Shown piece after piece: positions 38,941-46,771 of a DNA stretch of 64,000 bases. A program made the translations under genes and the position numbers. Below the pieces are notes generated by a model that saw only the letters and a list, made by a program, of their open reading frames with translations, did not search any database and was not told the DNA's origin. This DNA comes from Spirosoma fluviale (GTDB lineage Bacteria; Bacteroidota; Bacteroidia; Cytophagales; Spirosomataceae), in contig CAMDRO010000004.1 of assembly GCA_945906795.1 (NCBI GenBank), positions 5,732 through 69,731 of the forward strand. Direction: 5' to 3'. Position 1 is the stretch's first letter; the number at the start of each line of letters is the position of its first letter.

Positions 38941-40746
38941 ATGAGTGAAAAAATTCGCTTTGATTCGCTTCCTTTATCGGAAGGAATCCAAGCCGCAGTT
39001 AAAGAAATGGGCTTTGAATATGCTTCTCCCATTCAATCAGAAGCCATTCCATTTTTATTGGAGGGTAGAGATGTTATTGGTCAGGCGCAAACAGGCACTG
39101 GAAAGACCGCAGCATTTGGTATACCCATCATTGAGCATATTGTTCCATTTGAGAAATTTGTTCAAGCGATCATTTTATGTCCTACCCGTGAATTAGCGGT
39201 TCAGGTTTCAGAAGAAATGAAAAAATTGTCTAAATTCACCAAAGGGGTTTGGGTAACTACTGTTTACGGGGGTGATTCGATTGATAGACAAATCAAGTCT
39301 TTAAAAGCAGGGGCAAATATTGTTGTAGGTACTCCTGGGCGTGTGATTGATTTAATTGAGCGCCGTGCGTTAAAATTAAATCAGGCCTCTATGGTGATTT
39401 TAGATGAGGCAGATGAAATGCTGGACATGGGTTTCCGTGAGGATATTGAAAGCATTTTAGAAGAAATACCCAATGAGCGTCAGACGGTTTTATTCTCAGC
39501 TACGATGTCTAAGCCTATTTTGGCTTTAACCAATCGTTATTTAACGAATCCTAAATTAGTTAAGGTTGTTAAGAATGAAATTACCAACGTTAATATTGAG
39601 CAATTATATTTTGATGTTAAAGGAAGAGCTAAAATGGAGGTAACTACCCGTTTGATCGACTTCTATGCATTAAAATTGGTGTTGATATTTTGTAATCAGA
39701 AAAAACGTGTGGACGAAGTGGTGGAAGAGTTAGCGTTAAGAGGGTATGCAGCTGAAGGATTGCATGGTGATTTAAGGCAAAGCCAACGTACGCAAGTCAT
39801 GAATCGTTTTCGTTCAGGAAACGTGAGTTTTTTAGTTGCAACAGATGTAGCTGCTCGTGGTTTGGATGTTGAAAATCTGGATGCTGTCATTAATTATGAT
39901 ATCCCATTGGACGAGGAATATTATGTACATCGTATCGGTCGTACAGGTCGTGCAGGTAAATTTGGCAAAGCTTTTACCTTGGTCGTGGGTTCTGAACGTA
40001 ATCGTTTACGTGAAATTATGAACTATACCAAAGTAAAAATAGATAAGGGAGTTATTCCAACTTTCTCTGATGTGGTGGGTATCAAAAAGGGCATGTTTAT
40101 TGAACGTGTCGCTAGCACGATCGCAGAAGGTGATTTGGATTTATTTGCTGATGCATTATCTAATTTGCAACATGCAGGTTTTAGCGTAGATCAAATTGTA
40201 AGTGCTTTGGTTAAATTGAGCATGGGTGTTCAAAAAAATGAGTTTGGTGATGAAAATTTAGAGGGAGAACTTGAACGTCAATCGCGCAAATATGGCCGTG
40301 ATGAACGCGGTGGCGGAGGATTTAGAGATCGCAATGATCGTGGAGGAGACCGTGATGGCCGAAGAGGCGCTGGTCGCTTCGATCGCGATTCTCGCGGTGG
40401 AGGAGATCGTGGAGGACGTTTTGAACGAGGAAATGATCGTGATCGTTCATCAGCACCGAGAGGTCCTCGCATGGATCGTGAAGGAAAACCTTATCGTTCA
40501 GATGAAAATATGGTTCGCATGTTTGTCAACATCGGTTTTGATGAAAAAATATCACCTGCTAATATTGTTGGCGCCTTTGCAGGAGAGTCGGGAATTCCAG
40601 GTAATGTATTAGGTCAAATACAAATTGAGAATAAACATACCTATGTGGATGTCCCTAAGGAGTACGCTAACGTTGTTTTAGAAAAAATGGCCGGTGCACA
40701 AATCAAGGGTAAGAGGGTTTTAGTCGAGATAGCTAAACCTGCTTAA
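38941..40746 (+). CDS. deaD: DEAD-box ATP-dependent RNA helicase (DeaD/CsdA-like) with RGG-rich linker and DbpA-type C-terminal RNA-binding domain
   Basis: The Q motif is GFEYASPIQ, followed by AQTGTGKTAAF, PTRELA, VLDEADEML, SAT and HRIGRTGRAG. The C-terminal segment is MVRMFVNIG...GKRVLVEIAKP. ATG 38941 is preferred over the track start 38887. Confidence 0.93.
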   Translation: MSEKIRFDSLPLSEGIQAAVKEMGFEYASPIQSEAIPFLLEGRDVIGQAQTGTGKTAAFGIPIIEHIVPFEKFVQAIILCPTRELAVQVSEEMKKLSKFTKGVWVTTVYGGDSIDRQIKSLKAGANIVVGTPGRVIDLIERRALKLNQASMVILDEADEMLDMGFREDIESILEEIPNERQTVLFSATMSKPILALTNRYLTNPKLVKVVKNEITNVNIEQLYFDVKGRAKMEVTTRLIDFYALKLVLIFCNQKKRVDEVVEELALRGYAAEGLHGDLRQSQRTQVMNRFRSGNVSFLVATDVAARGLDVENLDAVINYDIPLDEEYYVHRIGRTGRAGKFGKAFTLVVGSERNRLREIMNYTKVKIDKGVIPTFSDVVGIKKGMFIERVASTIAEGDLDLFADALSNLQHAGFSVDQIVSALVKLSMGVQKNEFGDENLEGELERQSRKYGRDERGGGGFRDRNDRGGDRDGRRGAGRFDRDSRGGGDRGGRFERGNDRDRSSAPRGPRMDREGKPYRSDENMVRMFVNIGFDEKISPANIVGAFAGESGIPGNVLGQIQIENKHTYVDVPKEYANVVLEKMAGAQIKGKRVLVEIAKPA

Positions 40747-40765
40747 GCATTGAAAAATTTATTTA

Positions 40766-40796
40766 AAAGGATGACAAAACAGTCACCCTTTTTTTA
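40766..40796 (+). terminator. Probable terminator after the helicase gene
   Basis: An imperfect hairpin is aaaaggatgac / gtcacccttttt with one mismatch. A T-run follows. Confidence 0.4.
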
Positions 40797-40848
40797 TACC
40801 AAAAACTTAGTATAAATTTGAATTTTAAATCTTTACGTATTAGTTAAT

Positions 40849-43545
40849 ATGATGAGCAAAGGAAATATGTATTGGTTGTTTACTTTATCGCTGATTGTCG
40901 GCGGTATTTTAGTGACAACCTATATTTCATCTTCCTCAGGAGCACAAATATCCTATGCACAGGATGTTAAACCCATCTTGAATAAGCATTGTATCACTTG
41001 TCATGGGGGTGTCAAAAAGCAAGGAAAGTTTAGTTTGTTATTTCAAGAGGAAGCATATGCGAGTACGGCTTCTGGCAAACCAAGTATTGTGCCATTTCAT
41101 CCAGAAAAAAGTGATTTTATAAGCCGATTGCATGCCAAAGATCCTGAGGAAAAAATGCCCTATAAAAAAGAGCCGTTAAATGCTAAAGAGATTAGCATAT
41201 TGACTCAATGGGTGAAAGAAGGGGCTAAATGGGAGGATCATTGGGCTTATCTACCTGTTAAAATACCAGCCATTCCGTCCAGCGAAGGATGGCTTTCAAA
41301 ATTGAAGTTTTGGTCTAAAGGTTTTTTAAAAAATCCGGTCGATGATTTTGTTTTAGATGAATTAGCCAATCAAGGTTTAACTCATTCAAAACAGGCAGAT
41401 AAGGAGATTTTAATTCGCCGACTTTCTCTTGACTTAACCGGTTTGCCACCTACAGAATCGATGGTAAAGGAATTTAGCCTAGTTAATTCAGATGAAGATT
41501 ATGCAAAATTTGTTGATAAATTAATGAATTTGCCATCTTTTGGAGAGAAATGGGCTTCGGTATGGTTAGATCTTGCTCGCTACTCGGATAGTCGCGGGTA
41601 TCAAAAAGATAATGGTAGAACCATTTGGCCTTACCGAGATTGGGTTATTACATCGTTTAATAAAAATCTATCTTTTCGTGAATTTGTAAAAAAACAATTA
41701 GCTGGAGATTTATTGGAAAACCCCAAAGATGAAGATTTTATTGCCACGGGATTTCATCGAAATACCATGAATAATGATGAGACTGGAACAGTTGACGAGG
41801 AATTTAGAGTGGCAGCGGTCATTGACCGTGTAAATACGACTTGGGATGCGTTACATGGTACTTCATTTTCTTGCGTTCAATGTCATAGTCATCCATATGA
41901 TCCTATTCGTCACGATGAATATTACAAATTTATGGCATTTTTAAACAATACAAGGGATGAGGACACAGGAGATGAAGCTCCCAATATTCGTCAATTTAAA
42001 GAAGGCGGCATTCAGAAATTAACAGAGTTTCAAACTAAGATTTCTTCATTGTCTACGCCGCAAAAAACGTATATAAATCGATTTGTAAAATTTTTAGAAC
42101 CGAGGTTTCATGCCCATTATGCCGATAATTTTACGGAGGGGGCTCTTTTGGGAGGAACGCAAATTGGCCTGAGGCACACAGGGAGTTGTCGGCTCCCTAA
42201 TTTGAAAACAGATGGTGTCAAGCAATTGCTCATACAATATTCTTCCAAAAATCCAGGAGGAGTTTTGCAAATTAGGGCTGGTGGTATCCATGGAAAAATT
42301 GTGATAAAAGTTAAATTGGACACGACATCCAAAGGTAAATTGTTGACCTTGAATTGGCCTGTGTCTACAGGCAGGCAAGACTATTACTTGGAAGCTTTTA
42401 ATGGTAAATTGGCCGGTAAAGCCGATGATGTGTTTAAAATTGTGTGGTTTGCCTTGCTTCCAGAACTGAATTTAAGTAAAAACAATTTTGTGGAATTTTT
42501 ATCCTTGATTAACACTAAAACGGATAATTATCCCATTTATTTAGAAATGCCCAAGGATTATAGTCGGAGCACCTTTGTATTTAAACGCGGTAATTGGCTT
42601 GTTCATGGAGATTCTGTCCAAGCAGATGTGCCTGCGTTTATGCATAAATTTAAAGCTGAATGGCCTAAAAATCGGCTTGGGCTAGCTAATTGGGTCGTGG
42701 ACTCCGCCAATCCTTTATTCTCTAGAAATGTGGCTAATCGTTTTTGGGAACAATTGTTTGGGATGGGCATTGTAGAAACCTTAGAAGATTTTGGTTCTCA
42801 AGGTGCTAAACCTTCACATCAAAAATTATTAGATTATTTGGCTTATCAGTTTATTTTCAAATATGATATGAAACCCAAAGCTTTGATTAAAGAAATTGTT
42901 TGTTCAGCTACCTATCAACAAGATTCCAAAGCGAGTAAATCTTTAATTGATATAGATCCATATAATAAATATTTATCTAGAGGACCTCGATTTAGACTTT
43001 CAGCAGAACAGGTTAGGGATCAAGCTTTGGCTGTCGCGGGACTCTTAAATCCAAAAATGTTTGGAAAACCTGTGATGCCATTCCAACCTGAGGGGGTATG
43101 GCAAGCGGTGAACAGTAATTTAAAATGGAAACAAAGTGAAGGGAATGAACAATATCGAAGGGCCATTTACATTTTTACGAGACGAACGGGTCCTTATCCT
43201 TCTCAGTTTACGTTTGACTCTCCTTCACGGGAAGTTTGTTTAGTGAGACGAGTGCGAACAAATACTCCATTGCAAGCTCTTGTGCTGCTAAATGATCCTG
43301 TTTTTGTGGAAGTGGCACATAAAATTGCTTTAGATATGGGTAAGATGAAAATGGGCAAACCTGAAGAGCGAATTGCTGCGATGTATAAGAAAATGTTTGT
43401 TCATCCAATTAAAAACAATGATTTAACTACTTTAGTTAAGCTATTTAATCGGGGACAGTCTATGAAAACCTCAAATAAAATTCAAGGCTATGAGTGGGCG
43501 GCAAGTGCCATGTTGAATTTGGATGAATTTGTGACTAAAATGTAA
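40849..43545 (+). CDS. PSCyt/DUF1549/DUF1553-type protein (planctomycete-cytochrome-c-like N-terminus), 898 aa
   Basis: It has an N-terminal TM/signal anchor. There are two CxxCH motifs: CITCH at 40990..41004 and CVQCH at 41872..41886, the latter in context SFSCVQCHSHPYDPI. The C-terminal third has the FDSPSRE...C..RR..TNTPLQAL pattern that I associate with DUF1553. Confidence 0.75.
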   Translation: MMSKGNMYWLFTLSLIVGGILVTTYISSSSGAQISYAQDVKPILNKHCITCHGGVKKQGKFSLLFQEEAYASTASGKPSIVPFHPEKSDFISRLHAKDPEEKMPYKKEPLNAKEISILTQWVKEGAKWEDHWAYLPVKIPAIPSSEGWLSKLKFWSKGFLKNPVDDFVLDELANQGLTHSKQADKEILIRRLSLDLTGLPPTESMVKEFSLVNSDEDYAKFVDKLMNLPSFGEKWASVWLDLARYSDSRGYQKDNGRTIWPYRDWVITSFNKNLSFREFVKKQLAGDLLENPKDEDFIATGFHRNTMNNDETGTVDEEFRVAAVIDRVNTTWDALHGTSFSCVQCHSHPYDPIRHDEYYKFMAFLNNTRDEDTGDEAPNIRQFKEGGIQKLTEFQTKISSLSTPQKTYINRFVKFLEPRFHAHYADNFTEGALLGGTQIGLRHTGSCRLPNLKTDGVKQLLIQYSSKNPGGVLQIRAGGIHGKIVIKVKLDTTSKGKLLTLNWPVSTGRQDYYLEAFNGKLAGKADDVFKIVWFALLPELNLSKNNFVEFLSLINTKTDNYPIYLEMPKDYSRSTFVFKRGNWLVHGDSVQADVPAFMHKFKAEWPKNRLGLANWVVDSANPLFSRNVANRFWEQLFGMGIVETLEDFGSQGAKPSHQKLLDYLAYQFIFKYDMKPKALIKEIVCSATYQQDSKASKSLIDIDPYNKYLSRGPRFRLSAEQVRDQALAVAGLLNPKMFGKPVMPFQPEGVWQAVNSNLKWKQSEGNEQYRRAIYIFTRRTGPYPSQFTFDSPSREVCLVRRVRTNTPLQALVLLNDPVFVEVAHKIALDMGKMKMGKPEERIAAMYKKMFVHPIKNNDLTTLVKLFNRGQSMKTSNKIQGYEWAASAMLNLDEFVTKM

Positions 43546-43548
43546 TAT

Positions 43549-45003
43549 ATGAGTCAGGAACTAGAAAATCGAGCATTAAATTATTTAACCCGTAGGCATT
43601 TCTTGCGTGAATGTTCTACCGGGATGGGTATGATGGCTTTAGGTTCTATGCTGGGATCTTGTGAGAATACGCCTTTAGGCCAAGAAGAATCTATGGTTAA
43701 ATTGGCGCAAATTTTACCCAAAGCCAAACGGGTAATTTATATTCATAAAGCGGGTTCTCCATCTCAATTAGAACTTTTTGATTATAAACCCGAATTAGCC
43801 AAATGGCATGGAAAAGACTGTCCGGCGGAATTGCTGAAGGGTAAAACCTTTGCCTTTATTAGAGGGGTTCCTAAAATGCTAGGACCCCAAGGTAAATTCA
43901 ATCAATTTGGTCAATCGGGTGCTTGGGTTTCTGATTATTTGCCATATTTTCAAAATGTGGTTGATGAGGTGTGTTTTCTTAAAGCCATGCATACCGATCA
44001 ATTTAATCACGCTCCAGCGCAGTTATTCATGCAAACGGGAAGTGCCCGATTAGGTAGGCCGGGCATGGGTGCTTGGGCGGTTTATGGCTTAGGTTCTGAA
44101 AATGCCAATTTACCAGGTTTCATTGTTTTGACCTCAGGGAATAAATATCCAGAAGGAGGGAAGAGTATTTGGGGGAGTGGATTTCTGCCTTCTATTTATC
44201 AAGGAGTACATTGTAGATCTACAGGTGAGCCAGTTTTGTATGTAGAAAACCCAAGTCAGATTTCCCGAGATAATAGGCGAAGTACCATTGACGCCATCAA
44301 TGAAATAAATCAAAGAGAATACGAAGAATATCAGGACCCTGAAATATTAACCCGAATTTCTCAATATGAGATGGCATTTAAAATGCAAGCTTCAGTACCT
44401 GAAGTAATGGATATTCGTGATGAACCCGAATATATTCATAATTTATATGGTACGACTATCGGCACGTCTTCTTTTGCCAATAATTGCTTGTTAGCTCGAA
44501 AATTAGCCGAGAATGGAGTTCGATTTATTCAATTGTATGATTGGGGTTGGGATACGCATGGGTCTAGTGCCTCAGAAGCTTTGGAGATTGGATTGCGGAC
44601 CAAGTGTAAAGAAACAGACCAAGGAATGAGCGCTTTATTATTTGATTTGAAACAAAGGGGTTTATTGGATGAAACTTTGGTCGTTTGGAGTGGTGAATTT
44701 GGGCGCACACCCATGCAAGAGAATAGAGACAATAAGCCCGCACCTTTTTTAGGACGTGATCATCATCCTGACGCTTTTACGATTTGGATGGCAGGTGCAG
44801 GGGTTAAAAAAGGGTTTACTTATGGAGCAACAGATGAAATTGGTTATTCAGGTGTAGAGGGGAAGGCACACATTCATGACCTTCAAGCGACTATTTTGCA
44901 TATTTTAGGTTTGGATCATGAAAAATTAACCTATCCTTTCCAAGGTCGATCATTCAGATTAACGGATGTGGCAGGTAAAGTAATCACTCCTATTTTAGCC
45001 TAA
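43549..45003 (+). CDS. DUF1501 (sulfatase/alkaline-phosphatase-like) protein with Tat signal
   Basis: The twin-arginine signal is LTRRHFLRECSTGMGMMALGS. The segment WDTHG...GEFGRTP...GRDHHP is typical of DUF1501. The start lies 3 nt after the upstream stop. Confidence 0.8.
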   Translation: MSQELENRALNYLTRRHFLRECSTGMGMMALGSMLGSCENTPLGQEESMVKLAQILPKAKRVIYIHKAGSPSQLELFDYKPELAKWHGKDCPAELLKGKTFAFIRGVPKMLGPQGKFNQFGQSGAWVSDYLPYFQNVVDEVCFLKAMHTDQFNHAPAQLFMQTGSARLGRPGMGAWAVYGLGSENANLPGFIVLTSGNKYPEGGKSIWGSGFLPSIYQGVHCRSTGEPVLYVENPSQISRDNRRSTIDAINEINQREYEEYQDPEILTRISQYEMAFKMQASVPEVMDIRDEPEYIHNLYGTTIGTSSFANNCLLARKLAENGVRFIQLYDWGWDTHGSSASEALEIGLRTKCKETDQGMSALLFDLKQRGLLDETLVVWSGEFGRTPMQENRDNKPAPFLGRDHHPDAFTIWMAGAGVKKGFTYGATDEIGYSGVEGKAHIHDLQATILHILGLDHEKLTYPFQGRSFRLTDVAGKVITPILA

Positions 45004-45404
45004 GATTTTTTAAAAACAAAATGTTGTTTTTGGGCTATGGGGTTAAAAAATAATAGTCCAATTTCGAATAATTCAATGGAAAATATTATTTTTTTATTTT
45101 GAATTAATTGACGCCAAAGAGCTAGATTGATTTTATTTCTAATGTTTTTGATCAATAAAACATCTTCAAAATTCATGTTGAGGTTTTTTGCGACCAATTG
45201 ATTCATGTTGATCATTTGTACGTTAAACTTATTTATTTCTAAAGATTTAGCTTTGTAATGGGTTAATTCATTGATTAATAAATCGCTCAATTCACCTGAT
45301 TGATGTAAGCAAGGATTGATGACTTGGGTATACAATTCATAAACGAAAGGGGAATGTAACCCATGTGCATTTCTGGCTTTTAGGTTAAATAAAAATCGTT
45401 TCAT
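45000..45404 (-). CDS. Hypothetical protein, 134 aa (possible remnant of a SAM-methyltransferase-like family)
   Basis: It fills the whole gap between apaG and the DUF1501 gene. The N-terminal segment is AHGLHSPFVYELYTQVI. No GxGxG SAM-binding motif is seen. Confidence 0.45.
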   Translation of the reverse strand: MKRFLFNLKARNAHGLHSPFVYELYTQVINPCLHQSGELSDLLINELTHYKAKSLEINKFNVQMINMNQLVAKNLNMNFEDVLLIKNIRNKINLALWRQLIQNKKIIFSIELFEIGLLFFNPIAQKQHFVFKKS

Positions 45405-45791
45405 TTAATTTAAAGCGAAGTTAGGAATTAGTTCAAAAGCGGGTATTGGCACCTTAAATGTGGAATTGTCAGCTAAATTCAAAAATAAGTAATACCCTTC
45501 CATTCTACCTATAGATGAAATCAAGGGACAACCTGAGGTATACGTAAAGCTATCTCCAGGCTCGATAACGGGTTGTTGGCCTACGACACCCAATCCGTTT
45601 ACCACCTCATTTATTCCTGATCCATCTTTTATTTCCCAATACCGACTGATGAGTTGGCCTGTTTGATCCGATAAATTTTGGATCGTAATTTGGTACGTAA
45701 AAAAGTATTTATAAGGTAATTGCATTTCATAATCTGGTATGTACGTGGTTTCTACGGAGATTATATATTTATTTGTGTTTGATTCTTTCAT
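45405..45791 (-). CDS. apaG: ApaG (DUF525) protein
   Basis: The 128-aa protein carries FFTYQITIQNLS, LISRYWEIKDGSG, GVVGQQPVIEPGDSFTYTSG and GRMEGYY. Confidence 0.85.
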   Translation of the reverse strand: MKESNTNKYIISVETTYIPDYEMQLPYKYFFTYQITIQNLSDQTGQLISRYWEIKDGSGINEVVNGLGVVGQQPVIEPGDSFTYTSGCPLISSIGRMEGYYLFLNLADNSTFKVPIPAFELIPNFALN

Positions 45792-45803
45792 ACGATATAA
45801 TTG

Positions 45804-46478
45804 ATGAGCAATTTAAGACATAATTTAGATGAATGGTTAGCGGATGACTGGAAAAATATTGTTCATGAGGCGGGTTGGGGTACTCATCTCGACGAAATCG
45901 GTATTTTTTTAAACGAAGAATATCGTAAAAAGAATATATATCCCTCAATTGAACATATTTTTAATGCATATAACGCTTGCTCTTTTCAAGATACTCGGGT
46001 GGTTATTTTAGGGCAAGATCCTTATCATCAAATAAATCAAGCGAATGGCTTTTGTTTCTCAGTTCCCGAGGGTGTTACATTTCCTCCTTCATTAAAAAAT
46101 ATAAACAAAGAATTGAAGGCTGATTTAGGTATTTCACTGGCTTCAGGCAATTTACTGCATTGGGCTAATCAAGGTGTTTTATTGATTAATTCGATTTTAA
46201 CCGTGGAAGACTCATTACCAGGAAGCCATGCAAATATGGGTTGGCTTACTTTTACTAAGCTTATTTTGAATGAACTAAACCAACGAAAGAGTGGTCTTAT
46301 CTTTATGTTATGGGGTAATTATGCTCAAAAATTAGGGAAAGATTTAGATCCAACTAAACATCACATCATTAAAACATCGCATCCGTCACCACTTTCGGCC
46401 AATAGGGGAGGTTGGTTTGGAACAAGACCTTTTTCTAAAGCAAATTCATTTTTAGATTCCCCCATTTTATGGGCTTAA
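45804..46478 (+). CDS. ung: Uracil-DNA glycosylase (family 1)
   Basis: The water-activating loop is VVILGQDPYH, followed by GFCFSVP, GVLLINSILTV and HPSPLSA. ATG 45804 lies directly after the track TTG 45801. Confidence 0.92.
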   Translation: MSNLRHNLDEWLADDWKNIVHEAGWGTHLDEIGIFLNEEYRKKNIYPSIEHIFNAYNACSFQDTRVVILGQDPYHQINQANGFCFSVPEGVTFPPSLKNINKELKADLGISLASGNLLHWANQGVLLINSILTVEDSLPGSHANMGWLTFTKLILNELNQRKSGLIFMLWGNYAQKLGKDLDPTKHHIIKTSHPSPLSANRGGWFGTRPFSKANSFLDSPILWA

Positions 46479-46771
46479 ACTCTTTTTAATTGGCTTGGAA
46501 AATAAACGAATTGATTAGGAAATTCTTGTTGAAAATAAGAAGAGATTAAGTTTTCAATTTCATCGCCATGCTTTGCTTCAAAATCAGGAATTAAACATTG
46601 AATCGAATAACCTTTTGAATCAGGCTCTTGATGGGACAAAATCTCGTAGGTATACGCGTGGTCGATAAACGCTAAATTGACCAGTTGTGGGATCACAATA
46701 TCTTGAATCGCACTTAATGCTTTTGAATCTATGGCATGCTCAATAAAGATTGAAATATTATATTGGATCAT
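46475..46771 (-). CDS. DUF4286-like small protein (98 aa)
   Basis: Its start overlaps the stop of the upstream oxidoreductase as ATGA. The N-terminus MIQYNISIFIEHAID resembles my recollection of the DUF4286 family. Confidence 0.5.
   Translation of the reverse strand: MIQYNISIFIEHAIDSKALSAIQDIVIPQLVNLAFIDHAYTYEILSHQEPDSKGYSIQCLIPDFEAKHGDEIENLISSYFQQEFPNQFVYFPSQLKRV

Noticed and set aside
40271-40612. 113-aa (+) and 64-aa (-) ORFs across the helicase linker
   Set aside because: They are by-products of the repetitive GC-enriched RGG-coding tract. The helicase frame is continuous and carries the real domains on both sides.
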